Assembly (NCBI GenBank): GCA_041491005.1
Contig: JBGPUE010000002.1
Span: 17,218 to 81,217, forward strand
Direction: 5' to 3'
DNA: 64,000 nt
Origin: Candidatus Binataceae bacterium
GTDB lineage: Bacteria; Desulfobacterota; Binatia; Binatales; Binataceae
In this document: one piece after another, positions 49,632 through 59,535 of the stretch
Numbering within the stretch: position 1 is the stretch's first letter
Layout of the letters: each line of letters opens with the position of its first letter
Position numbers and translations under genes: made by a program
Notes under the pieces: generated by a model
What the model was told of the DNA's origin: nothing
Seen by the model: only the letters and a program-made list of their open reading frames with translations
Databases searched by the model: none

Positions 49632-50108
49632 TCAAGACGTCACCTTCTTGCCGTCGCGATAGTGCTCTTCCCAGTTGCGGAAGCCGGCCGGATCCCATCG
49701 CTTCCACGTTCCGTCCTTCTGGCCCTTGACGTACCCGCCTTCAGCTGACTTCTGACCGTTGGGATACCATCCGCTGTGGGGCCCCTGCTGTACGCCGTTT
49801 TGGTAATGATCGATTGCGGAAAGCTGGCCGCTGTCGTACCACGAGCGCCACTCGCCGCTTTGCTTGCCGTCGTGATAGACGCCTTCCATGGTCGTCTCGC
49901 CATTGGGACCATACAACGTGAAGCGCCCCTCCTTGACCGGCTTGCCATCGACCATCTTCTCACACCAAGTCTCGGAGCCGTCCGGCGGTCCTTCGCCCAT
50001 CAGCCTGGCGCCGGGCGGGCAGGGCGGTTCACTCTTGCATGCGCTGGTCGCTGCGATCGCGACGATTGCAACCGCGATCGCGAGCAGCCTGCCTGAATTC
50101 GTCAGCAT
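49632..50108 (-). CDS. MORN-repeat (YwqK-like) lipoprotein
   Basis: Lipobox ATSAC. Repeated G.W..W...G motifs (EGVYHDGKQSGEWRSWYDSGQL, HSGWYPNGQKSAEGGYVKGQKDGTWKRW). Confidence 0.65.
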   Translation of the reverse strand: MLTNSGRLLAIAVAIVAIAATSACKSEPPCPPGARLMGEGPPDGSETWCEKMVDGKPVKEGRFTLYGPNGETTMEGVYHDGKQSGEWRSWYDSGQLSAIDHYQNGVQQGPHSGWYPNGQKSAEGGYVKGQKDGTWKRWDPAGFRNWEEHYRDGKKVTS

Positions 50109-50278
50109 CGCGATTGAGATGAGCGCGTCGCCATGATCATCACAATAGCGAAGCGGGGCCGGGGGTTCAGCATCGCCTGAAGGCCATCTGTCGCCGTCTC
50201 ACGCCAGCATGCCATCCGGATGCGAAATCGGACCGCCGGCCAGATGGCCGGCGGTCCGATGCGCCTACCAACGCTCGA

Positions 50279-51972
50279 TCAGCCCGCCGATCCCGTCGAA
50301 CCCAACAGATTCCCGCCCAGCGTCGCGTTGCCGACGCGCACATCGCCGATCACGTTGATCATAGATGGCTTGCCCGACTTGAACGCCCGCTCGAGCGCCG
50401 GAACGATCTGCTCGGGTGTCTCCACCTGCTCGCCGTGGCATCCCATCTCGGCGAAGATTTTGTCGTAGCGGATGTTCGGCAGCATGTTGAACGGGTCGGT
50501 GCGGCCCTTCAACCCGGGCATCTGATCGAAGCTCGGTCCCCATGAGCTGTTGTTCCACAACACCGTCATAACCGGCAGCTTGTAGCGCGCGGCGGTCTCC
50601 ATGTCCCAGCCGCCTATTCCCAGTCCGCCGTCGCCGCTGATCACGACCACCTGCGCACCCGGACGCGCGAGCTGCACGCCGATTCCCATACCCACCCCGT
50701 GTCCCACCGGCGCGAGCGGACCGGCGTCGACCACCTGGCCCATGAAGCGGCAGGTGAACGCCTGGCTCATCCAGCCCGACATCGTAAAGCTGTCGATGAC
50801 GGTGGTCGCGTTCTTGTCCAGCACCTTGATCAGATCCTGCGCGAGCCGCGCCGGGTGAATCGGCGAGGCGGTGCTGACCTTCTTTTGTTGGTCGGACAGC
50901 GCGGCGTCGAAGCGCGCGCGCGTCGCCTGCACTTCCTTGAACCATTCGGAACTGCGATTGCGCGAGAAGTCGAGCTTCAGTTCCTTGATCCGGTTGATCA
51001 TCTGGCGCAGCACGAGTTTGCAGTCGCCAACGATCGGCAAGTCCGCATTGACTTGCCATCCGATCCGGGTCGCCGTCGCATCGACCTGGATATACTTGGC
51101 CTTATCAGTCCAAGTCGGCGGCTGTCCGAAATGCTCGCCGCTCCAGAAGCGGAAGCCGAGCGCCAGGATCACATCGGCGCCGCCCGTGAACGGCTTTTTG
51201 AACGGTCCGCGGATCGCCAGCACATGCTCCTCCGAGACCGCTCCCTGCCCGGCGCGCCGCGCATAGACAGGAATTCCCGTCAGCTCGACGAATTCATTGA
51301 GCTCCGCACCGGCGCCCGACCAGAACAGCCCATCGCCGCCCGCGATCAGCGGTCGTTCCGCGCCATGCAACATCTCGATCGCGCGGTCGATATGCGAGGG
51401 GTCGCCCGCCGAGCGGATGTCGTCGGCGGTGAAGCCGCGCGCACCCTTGCGCTGCTTTGCGTCGTCGTCGTGATGGTAGAGGATGTTCTGCGGGATCTCG
51501 AACAGCGCGACGCCCTGCGGTGGCGCGATCGCCTCGCGGAACGCAGAGCGCAGGTCGAACTCGATCGTACTCCAGTCGGTCACCCGCTTGGTGAACTTCG
51601 AGAAGCTGCGCACGACCTCGGAGCCGTAAGCTTCCTGGAACGATCCCAGATGGTCCTCGGTGTTGGGATGCTGCCCCGAGAGGCACACCACTGCGCTGCC
51701 GGTGAGTCCCGCCACGCACAGCCCGGTCACTGCGTTGGTCAGGCCACATCCGGCGGTCACCATGCATACGCCCGGCTCGCCCGACGTGCGCGCGTAGGCA
51801 TCCGCGGCGTAGGCGGTCGCCTGCTCATGGCGCATGTGGATCATCCTGACGTCATTGTTCTTGAGGTTGGCGAGAATCGGAAAGAGATGCCCGCCGTTAA
51901 TCGTGAAGCAGTAGCGAACACGTTGCTCCTTGAGCACGCGCCCGACTATCGCGCCGCCGTCCATCTTTGCCA
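50279..51972 (-). CDS. Thiamine-pyrophosphate-dependent enzyme (acetolactate synthase / oxalyl-CoA decarboxylase-like)
   Basis: Three-domain TPP enzyme pattern with the TPP-binding motif (GDGGLGIGGWDMETAARYKLPVMTVLWNNSSWG). Start set at MAKMDGGAIVGRVL. Confidence 0.8.
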
Positions 51973-52221
51973 TCGCCCGAAATCCTCCTCGAAGTGCTGT
52001 CAGCGCATCGCTTGTTCCGAATCCTGCCACAATTCGCCGTCTGCCGAGAAGCGCGGCGCTCAGGCCCGAATCGAGGCGTCTGCCGCCTTGGGGATTTGAC
52101 GGTCTTGGGTAGTGGCGCGCACGCCCAGTCGATGGCACACTCTTACGCCAGTTGTGGCAACCCCGTGTGGAGTGGAAGTGGTGAGGCCTAGCGTTCCCAA
52201 CAACCGCTGTGCCGAGATTCG

Positions 52222-53706
52222 ATGACTTCGTCGATGAGACAGACGTTCGCGATCATCACCATGGTTGCGTGGGCCTGTTTTGCGGGAACCGCTCTGGCCA
52301 GCGAACCAATCGCAGAGACCGAGCCCTACGGCCGGCCGACGCCATCTGCCAAGCTCGTGCCTGCAGCTAAGCCGGCCAAGTCCAACGTCAAGGCCCCTTC
52401 CGGCAAGCAATCGGCCGAGGCAGCGGCCAAGGGTGCGAAGCCCTCGCAGGGGCCTCCAGCCGGCGTCGGGCATGAGCCCGCCGCGGCATTCGCAGCTGAG
52501 GCTGCGGAAATGAAAGGGGGCGCTTCGAAGGCGAATAGGCCATTCAGCTTGGTCGATCCCAAATCGTGGCCGTTTTCGTTCGTGCCCGTGCCCGAGGTTG
52601 CGACCGATCCCAACCAGGGCACGACCATCGGCGTGCTGCCGGTCTTCCTCTTCAACAATGAGCACCACGAGATTCGCAGCATCTTTGCGCCCGACGTCAA
52701 CTACAACACCAACATTGGAGCGGGCGGGACCGTGCGCTATCTCGCCTATCCGTCCGAGAACACCCAATGGTATGTGATCGGCTCCGCAGCGCAGCAAATC
52801 GCGCGCAGAGTCGATCTCTTCTACTCCACCGGCCGAACGCGGCATGATCGCTGGTCGCTTGACGGTCGTTTCTACTTCGAGCGCGATCCCACCGATCGCT
52901 TCTTCGGCATCGGTAACCAATCCAACCAGAACAACGAGACCAATTTCACCACCGAGCAGGTCTACGGCGATGTTCGGCTCAGCTACAACTTCTCGCCCGA
53001 GTTGCAACTGACGCTGTGGGAGAAGCCGCGCTATGTCCGAATCCAGCAAGGTGCGCTGGACAACCTGCCGTTCATCGGCACGCTCTTTCCCACCGTCAAG
53101 GGGCTCGGCGGCGGCAGCGACATCATGAACCGCCTGATGGTTTCCTACGACACGCGTGACGCGATCGACATACCCCGCCATGGCGGGCTGGCGCGGGTCT
53201 TCGGCGGCATCTCCGACCGCCGTTTCATGAGCTCAGTGTCATACACGCAATTCGGCGGAGAGTTCCGCCGCTACGTACCGCTCGGCAGCCGCATTACGCT
53301 GGCCGGCCATGCGTTTTTGCAGTACACGCCGGCGGGCAACGAGACCCCGTTCTGGGCGATGGGGCGCCTGGGCGGCGAGGACAGCCTGCTGACCAACCAG
53401 CAGACCCTGCGCGGCTACGGGGCAGGCCGCTACGTCGATAACAACCTCTCAGTCGCAAACCTTGAAATGCGCACGCGCGTCTACGAAGCCAACCTGTTCG
53501 ACACGCACGGCATCGTCGAGCTGGCGCCGTTCATCGAAGCCGGCAAGGTCTTCCACACGCCGCGCGACAACCCGATCAACCGGCTCCATCCGGTGGGCGG
53601 TATCGGCTTTCGCGGCATCGCCGAGCCCTTTGTCGTCGGCTATGTCGATGTCGGCTACGGCGGCGAAGGCACGTCGATCTTCTCCGGAATCAACTACCCG
53701 TTCTAG
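52222..53706 (+). CDS. Outer-membrane beta-barrel protein, Omp85/surface-antigen (D15) superfamily-like
   Basis: Signal peptide, low-complexity Ala/Pro N-region, and a C-terminal barrel ending ...GINYPF with Omp85-like terminal strands. Confidence 0.5.
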   Translation: MTSSMRQTFAIITMVAWACFAGTALASEPIAETEPYGRPTPSAKLVPAAKPAKSNVKAPSGKQSAEAAAKGAKPSQGPPAGVGHEPAAAFAAEAAEMKGGASKANRPFSLVDPKSWPFSFVPVPEVATDPNQGTTIGVLPVFLFNNEHHEIRSIFAPDVNYNTNIGAGGTVRYLAYPSENTQWYVIGSAAQQIARRVDLFYSTGRTRHDRWSLDGRFYFERDPTDRFFGIGNQSNQNNETNFTTEQVYGDVRLSYNFSPELQLTLWEKPRYVRIQQGALDNLPFIGTLFPTVKGLGGGSDIMNRLMVSYDTRDAIDIPRHGGLARVFGGISDRRFMSSVSYTQFGGEFRRYVPLGSRITLAGHAFLQYTPAGNETPFWAMGRLGGEDSLLTNQQTLRGYGAGRYVDNNLSVANLEMRTRVYEANLFDTHGIVELAPFIEAGKVFHTPRDNPINRLHPVGGIGFRGIAEPFVVGYVDVGYGGEGTSIFSGINYPF

Positions 53707-53807
53707 TGTGGTGCCCGCAAACAACTTGAATATGTCGGTCAAATCGCTTCGCGTAGATCCCTTCGGCAAGAGGAGTCTCAGGGCAGGCTCTTCGACACGG
53801 CTCGCGT

Positions 53808-53906
53808 CGCTCGCCGGCTCAGGATGACGAGAAGAAGGCTTTTTGTGTCATCCCGAGCGAGCCGAGCGTCCAGTGAGGCGACGAGGGATCGACGCGGAGC
53901 GATTCG
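53808..53906. repeat. Degenerate copy of the MITE/REP-like repeat (hairpin gctcaggatgac / gtcatcccgagc plus gacgcggagcgattcg)
   Basis: cgctcgccggctcaggatgac and gtcatcccgagcgagccgagcg form an inverted pair around a T-rich loop. The downstream gatcgacgcggagcgattcg matches the internal part of the 18651 element. Confidence 0.5.
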
Positions 53907-53971
53907 TTCAAGCGTCTTTTTGAAGTCATTTGCGGGACGGGACACTAGCGTCCCGCGATGCGCCGCTCGCG

Positions 53972-55045
53972 CTACATCCGCTCGATAATCTCGCGCGCGA
54001 AGTCTTCGATCGAGTCTCTGAATCCCTCCATCGGCGGATTGAGAAAGACCTGCGTCAGGCCTGCGCGTTCAAGCGCTCGCAGCCGCTCGATGATTTCCTC
54101 GCGCGGACCGACCATGGTCGTCGCACGGATGGTTTCGGGCGTCACGAAGCGGCGCTCGTCCGGCACGACGTATGTGCAATGCCCATCGTGGAGCTCGAGA
54201 TAGCGCTCCTCGGATGGCGTCTTCATCGCGTTCACGTATTCGAGATACGCATCATAGACGGGGCGGATCCCGGCAGGCAGCGTTTCGGCGCGCGCGTAGC
54301 CCGCGGCCATCGCATGGAAGCTCGCCATCACCCAATGTTCGGTCATCGCGGCGACGCGCGCCGAATCGATCTTCTCGCCCGGCCGCAGCACGCATACGTG
54401 CGTCAGCGATACGATCGGGAAGCCCGGCTTGATGTCGCGTCCCGCCTTGGCCGCGCCGATGCGCAGTGAGCCGAGCACGCGATCCATCCGATCGGGCGCG
54501 GCGATGCCGGTGGTCACCAAGCCGTCGCCGAACTCGCCCGCGATCGCGATCGCGTTGGGCGCGTTGCCAGCCACATACATCGGAATCGGACCGTCGAGGT
54601 TGATGAAGCGATAGTCGCGATGCAGGAAACGAATCTTGCGGCGCAAGCCCTCGGTCTCATAGAGGGCTTCGCCTGTGCGCAGCAGCTCGCTGATGACGCG
54701 CACTTCCTCGCGGAACGCGGCGAGCTTGACCGGCGGAAGGCCCATCACACGGCGGCCCGTGTGACCGGTGCCGAAGCCGAGGATTACGCGTCCGGGCGCC
54801 AGCTCGTTGATGGTCGCGATCGAATGTGCGGTGACGGGCGGAATCCGGTTCGATGCGATCGCGACGCCGGTGCCGAGCTTGATGCGCCTGGTGTTGACCG
54901 CAGCCAGCGCCATGCATGCGTAGGTGTCGCCCCAAATCATGTGCGAGTCGGGAATCCAGGCGTGGGTGAAGCCGAGCTGCTCGGCGAGCTTGGTTTCCCC
55001 GACGGCTAGTTGCGGCCGGGTGAAGATCAACGTTCCGAATTCCAT
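53972..55045 (-). CDS. LLM-class flavin (possibly F420)-dependent oxidoreductase
   Basis: Luciferase-like monooxygenase TIM-barrel pattern (MEFGTLIFTRPQ...LGFTHAWIPDSHMIWGD...RVILGFGTGH). Confidence 0.75.
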   Translation of the reverse strand: MEFGTLIFTRPQLAVGETKLAEQLGFTHAWIPDSHMIWGDTYACMALAAVNTRRIKLGTGVAIASNRIPPVTAHSIATINELAPGRVILGFGTGHTGRRVMGLPPVKLAAFREEVRVISELLRTGEALYETEGLRRKIRFLHRDYRFINLDGPIPMYVAGNAPNAIAIAGEFGDGLVTTGIAAPDRMDRVLGSLRIGAAKAGRDIKPGFPIVSLTHVCVLRPGEKIDSARVAAMTEHWVMASFHAMAAGYARAETLPAGIRPVYDAYLEYVNAMKTPSEERYLELHDGHCTYVVPDERRFVTPETIRATTMVGPREEIIERLRALERAGLTQVFLNPPMEGFRDSIEDFAREIIERM

Positions 55046-55188
55046 CGCGCGCCTCCGCGCCCGCGTTGGGATACGGGCGCGGCGAGTATAGCGGGTGCGC
55101 GCGGATTACGTCACGCCACCGGCGAGGCCTGTAAGGTCTCGCTGTTCGAGGCGCTCGCCGCAAGCTATATTCAGATGGGACCAGGGCC

Positions 55189-56196
55189 ATGATCAGCAGA
55201 ACCGACGATCCGCGCGACTGGAGTGAACAGGACGAGCAGCGCGACTTCAGCTCCGAAGCCGCCAGCTCAGCGATTCGCATCCGCCCCGACCAGCTCAAGA
55301 GCCTTTACGTGCTTGATTCGCAGCGCGCTCTCGCGGCGGTCGCCGGTACGTGGGCGTTGATCGCCACGGCAATTGGCGCCGCGCTATGGACCGGCAGTCT
55401 GCTGGTATGGGTCATCGCGATCCTCGTAATCGGACGCTCGCAGCATGCGCTTGCCGTCCTGATGCACGATGCGGCGCATTTCCGGATGTTGCCCAGCCGG
55501 CGCTGGAACGATTTCGTTGGCCAGTGGCTGTGCGCGTTTCCGATCGCGAGCAATCTCTACGCCTACCGCAATGTTCACCTGCGCCATCATCGCTACCTGC
55601 TCAGCGATCGCGACCCCGACCTGTCGCTGTCGCGTCCCTATCCCGTCACTTGGACGAGTTTCCGGCGCAAACTTCTACGCGATGCGACCGGCGTATCGTC
55701 GCTGGTGATGCGCGGATATGTGACGGTTGACAAAGGCCGCGCGCGGCTGGCGTTCGGCAATCTGTTCCGCCGACGGCTCAATACCACCACCGTCGCCCGC
55801 CGCTCCGCAGCGGTCGGCGCGATCGCGGCGCTCTTCTGGCTCGGCTACGGGTGGGCGTTCATCGGGTTATGGGTGCTGCCGCTATTGACGGTGTATCAGG
55901 TGATTCTGCGCGTCCGCGGCATCCTCGAACATGCGGCGGTACCCGATGCGGCTGACGGCCTGCGCAACGCACGCACGATCGTTTCGCACAACCCGGCGCT
56001 GCGCTTCATGCTCAACCCGCATCACGTCGCCTATCACCTCGAGCATCATCTCTATCCGGCCGTGCCGCACTACCATCTAGCAGCGCTGCATCGTGCGCTG
56101 GCCGAGGATCCTCGCTTTGCGGGCGCGCTGGTCGAAACCAGCTATGCGCGCGCCTTGGGCGATTTGGTCAAGCGGGAGCTTCCTGCGGCGGCCTGA
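55189..56196 (+). CDS. Fatty acid desaturase family membrane protein
   Basis: Three His boxes (HDAAH, HLRHH, LEHHLYPAVPHY) and TM segments. Confidence 0.8.
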   Translation: MISRTDDPRDWSEQDEQRDFSSEAASSAIRIRPDQLKSLYVLDSQRALAAVAGTWALIATAIGAALWTGSLLVWVIAILVIGRSQHALAVLMHDAAHFRMLPSRRWNDFVGQWLCAFPIASNLYAYRNVHLRHHRYLLSDRDPDLSLSRPYPVTWTSFRRKLLRDATGVSSLVMRGYVTVDKGRARLAFGNLFRRRLNTTTVARRSAAVGAIAALFWLGYGWAFIGLWVLPLLTVYQVILRVRGILEHAAVPDAADGLRNARTIVSHNPALRFMLNPHHVAYHLEHHLYPAVPHYHLAALHRALAEDPRFAGALVETSYARALGDLVKRELPAAA

Positions 56197-56962
56197 CTTG
56201 CGGCGAAGTCGCAATCGCTGCGAACACGCGATGGAATACGGCGAGCGGGTCTGAGGGGAAACGCGCGGCGAGCGTGGCCCGCAGCTCGTCGTCGAAGCGC
56301 GCGACCTGATCGGGTTGCAGCGAGGCCCCGACGCCCGCACTGGCGCGGACCCGTCCGCGCCATGCCTCATGCGAATACGGCACGTCGAGATCGAAGCTGA
56401 AGGTCTCAATCTCACGAAAGGCCGCTTCCGCGAGGTCGCGCAGCCACGCGGGATACATTCCCAGGCCCCGGCCGAACTTCCAGGCCGGGTTATGCTTCAT
56501 GATCAGCTGTTCGGTCGCCTCGGCGACGTTGCCGCTGACGGGAATCCAGTCGAAATGCGCGATCACGATGCGTCCGCCGGGAACCAGTAGTCTGCGCGCC
56601 TCCAGCGCGGCGCCGGCCCGGTCGAACCAATGCCAGCATTGGCCGGCCGTCACCAGATCGAACGACCCGTCCGGCAACCCACTCTGTTCGGCGCTCGCGA
56701 CAAGGTAGCGAGTTGCTACCCGCGCTTCGGCGTCGAGGCTGCGGGCCTGCACGATCATCTCGGCCGAGCGATCCAGTGCCGTCACTTCCAACCCGCGCCG
56801 CGCAAGTCCGCGCGCGAGCGTGCCCGTTCCGGTGCCGAGGTCGAGCGCGCGGATGCCGGCCCGCAGCACATTCATCGCGGCCAAGCGATCGTAGATGCGG
56901 TCGGGGAAGCCGGCGCGATGGCGGGCGTAGTCGTCGCTGGTTCTGCCGAATTCGATTTCCAT
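56168..56962 (-). CDS. Class I SAM-dependent methyltransferase
   Basis: Motif I (LDLGTGTGTLARGLARRG) and post-I acidic residue (ALDRS). Start set at MEIEFG. Overlaps the 3' end of the desaturase convergently by ~28 nt. Confidence 0.8.
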   Translation of the reverse strand: MEIEFGRTSDDYARHRAGFPDRIYDRLAAMNVLRAGIRALDLGTGTGTLARGLARRGLEVTALDRSAEMIVQARSLDAEARVATRYLVASAEQSGLPDGSFDLVTAGQCWHWFDRAGAALEARRLLVPGGRIVIAHFDWIPVSGNVAEATEQLIMKHNPAWKFGRGLGMYPAWLRDLAEAAFREIETFSFDLDVPYSHEAWRGRVRASAGVGASLQPDQVARFDDELRATLAARFPSDPLAVFHRVFAAIATSPQVRPPQEAPA

Positions 56963-57070
56963 TGTGAACCCCGCAAGTTGACTGCATATATCTATATATA
57001 TCTTGATGATTACACGCAACAACTGCACAAGGCTTGACGCTTTCGCCTCCCAAGTGCAGAACTGCTTGCA
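56963..57070 (+). promoter_or_regulatory. AT-rich divergent intergenic region with sigma70-like elements
   Basis: TTGACT at 56978..56983 followed by tatatctatatata, and a second TTGACG at ~57034. A sharp AT spike in an otherwise GC-rich window, between divergent genes. Confidence 0.35.
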
Positions 57071-58402
57071 GTGGCCGTACGCAACTCCGATCGCGGTGAA
57101 ATGCTCGGCGCAGCCGAGGCTGCCCAACAGCTTGGCGTCAAGCTTTCCACACTCTATGCATACGTCAGCCGCGGCTGGCTCAAGAGCTATCGGCGCAAAG
57201 TCGGCCGCCAGGCGCTCTACCGCCGCGGCGATATCGAGGCGCTGCGCGGGGTGGTCGCGCCCGAACGCGGCCGCCGCGGCCGCAGCTTGCCCGCGGCCGC
57301 TTCATGGGTGACGGTCGCGCAGCCCGCCAGCGCCGACAGCGGCTCGCCCGGTGTGATCGTCGCGGAATCGGCGGTCAGTTCGCTGCTCAACGGCCGTCTC
57401 GCTTACCGCGGCTACCCGATTGAAGAGCTGATCGAGCGCGCGAGCTTCGAGGAGGTCTGCCTCCTGCTGTGGGACGGCGAACGCCCTCGCGCCGAAGCCT
57501 TGGAAGCTCTGCGCGCGGAAATCTATGGAGCGCGGATGCCGGCGGCGGTCGCGGCATCGCTCGCCGCGGTCGGCCAGGATGCCTCGCCGCTGCTGCGGCT
57601 CACCGCTGTGATGCCAAGCCTGATCGCGATGGAACGTCAGCAATCGCCACGAACTCGCATCCGGCAAGCCGTGTTCATCATCTCGATGCTGCCGTTGGCG
57701 CTCGCGCGTACCCCCGCGGCTGCGGCGGGTCCGCTACCGGGTGAGGGCGGGATGGCGGCACGCCTGCTGATGACCGGGCGGCTGGCGCCAGCGCCGCCCG
57801 AGGATTGGGAAATCGCCGCGATGGATCGCGTGCTGATCGCTTGCGCTGAGCATGAGCTCAACGCCTCGACCTTCGCTGCTCGCGTGGTGGCGAGCACCGG
57901 CGCAGATCTTTACGCGTCGGTGTTGGCGGCGTTGTGCTCGCTGGCAGGGCCGATTCACGGCGGCGCATGCGATCGCATCGAACCGATGATGGAGAAGCTG
58001 CTGGCGGGCGGGCGCATTGACCAATCGCTGGCAGGCTTCGCGCGCGAGCGGATGCTGCCGCCCGGCTTCGGCCATGCGATCTATCCCGGCGGCGATCCGC
58101 GCGCGGTGCTACTGCGCAAGCTCGCCTCAACGATCGCGCGCAACAAGGGTCGCAAGCTTTACGAGTTGGCGCTCAGGGTTGAGGACGCAGTCTGGAAGCA
58201 GGAACGCCTGCGCCCCAATCTCGACTTCTACCTCACGGTCTGCACCCGGATGCTCGATTTTCCGCGCGGGCTGCCTGCCGCGATCTTCGCTGTCGGCCGT
58301 TCTGCCGGATGGATCGCGCACAGCCTCGAACAATACGCCGACAACCGCCTGATTCGTCCGCGTGTGCGCTACAAGGGCGCTGCGCTGCGCCATTGGCAGT
58401 GA
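57071..58402 (+). CDS. Citrate-synthase-family protein with an N-terminal excisionase/MerR-type HTH domain
   Basis: N-terminus LGAAEAAQQLGVKLSTLYAYVSRGWLKSYRRKVGRQALYRRGDIEAL is HTH_17-like. The C-terminal region carries citrate synthase signatures (EHELNASTFAARVVASTGADLYASVLAALCSLAGPIHGGA and GFGHAIYPGGDPRA). Confidence 0.7.
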   Translation: MAVRNSDRGEMLGAAEAAQQLGVKLSTLYAYVSRGWLKSYRRKVGRQALYRRGDIEALRGVVAPERGRRGRSLPAAASWVTVAQPASADSGSPGVIVAESAVSSLLNGRLAYRGYPIEELIERASFEEVCLLLWDGERPRAEALEALRAEIYGARMPAAVAASLAAVGQDASPLLRLTAVMPSLIAMERQQSPRTRIRQAVFIISMLPLALARTPAAAAGPLPGEGGMAARLLMTGRLAPAPPEDWEIAAMDRVLIACAEHELNASTFAARVVASTGADLYASVLAALCSLAGPIHGGACDRIEPMMEKLLAGGRIDQSLAGFARERMLPPGFGHAIYPGGDPRAVLLRKLASTIARNKGRKLYELALRVEDAVWKQERLRPNLDFYLTVCTRMLDFPRGLPAAIFAVGRSAGWIAHSLEQYADNRLIRPRVRYKGAALRHWQ

Positions 58403-58456
58403 GCAGTCACGCGCGGGCTTTGACGGCGAGGCGCGCGAGTCGTAAAGAGCGGTGAC

Positions 58457-59476
58457 ATGAAAGCAATCGCCAAGACCCGCGCCGCGCTCGGCGCCGAGAT
58501 CATCGATGTCGCAAAGCCGCGGCCGGCCGATGGCCAACTGCTCGTGAAGATCGCGGCGTGCGGCATCTGCGGCTCCGACTTGCACATCTATCTGTGGGAG
58601 CTGGGCGCCGAGCGCTTTGCGCCGCGCCTGCCGATGGTGATGGGCCATGAGCCGGCGGGCGAAGTCGCCGAGGTTGGCGCTGGAGTCTCCGGCTTCAAGC
58701 TCGGCGATCATGTCGCGCTCGATCCATTCGGGCATTGCGGACGATGCGGCCCGTGCCTGGCCGGCCGCTTTCATTTATGCAGCTCGCCAACGATGCTCGG
58801 CGGCGCATTCGCCGAGTTCGCGATCGCGCCGGTTGGCAATGCGCACTTGGTGCCGCCTTCTATGGACATGGAACAGGCCGCGTTGCTGGAGCCGTTCGGC
58901 ACGGGACTGCATGCGGTCGAACAATCGAGCCTTAAGGCTGGCGACAGCGCGGTGATCGAAGGTCCCGGCCCGATTGGGCTAAGCGTCGCGCTCGCTGCGC
59001 GCGCGCTGGGCGTGAGCTCGATCGTGATCACGGGCCTGCGCGAAGATGCTGAGCGGCTGGCGCTCGCGCGCCAACTCGGCTTCGCCACCGTATGCACCGC
59101 CGATCGCGACTGGATTGCGCAAGTGCGCGCGATGCTCCCGCCGGACGGCGCCGATGCGCTCTTCGACGCATGTGGCGCGATGGATTCGGTGCGCGAACTG
59201 GTGCGGCGCGGCGCCGAGCTGATCGAGGTCGGATGGCCCGCGCGCGACCTGCCCTCAGCCGAGCTGCGTGCGCTCTTCTTTCACGGCGTGACGATCATCA
59301 ACTCGCGCGTCCGCACGCCCGAGACCTGGCGGCGCGCGATCGCGATGGTCTCAAGCGGCGCGGTCGATCTGCGCCCGATGATCACGCATCGCTATCCGCT
59401 CAGCGACGGGCTGGCGGCATTCGAACTGCTGCGCGCGCGCAAGGGTGTCAAGGCGCTGGTCCGTCCGGCGTCGTAG
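58457..59476 (+). CDS. Zinc-dependent alcohol dehydrogenase (MDR superfamily; threonine/sorbitol-DH-like)
   Basis: GHEPAGEV zinc-ligand motif, structural-zinc Cys cluster (GHCGRCGPCLAG..HLC), and a Rossmann region (GPGPIG). Confidence 0.85.
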   Translation: MKAIAKTRAALGAEIIDVAKPRPADGQLLVKIAACGICGSDLHIYLWELGAERFAPRLPMVMGHEPAGEVAEVGAGVSGFKLGDHVALDPFGHCGRCGPCLAGRFHLCSSPTMLGGAFAEFAIAPVGNAHLVPPSMDMEQAALLEPFGTGLHAVEQSSLKAGDSAVIEGPGPIGLSVALAARALGVSSIVITGLREDAERLALARQLGFATVCTADRDWIAQVRAMLPPDGADALFDACGAMDSVRELVRRGAELIEVGWPARDLPSAELRALFFHGVTIINSRVRTPETWRRAIAMVSSGAVDLRPMITHRYPLSDGLAAFELLRARKGVKALVRPAS

Positions 59477-59535
59477 CAGTAGTGTCGATACGGTCGGACG
59501 CCCAAGGCAATCAGATAGTGAAGAGGTAAGCCACG

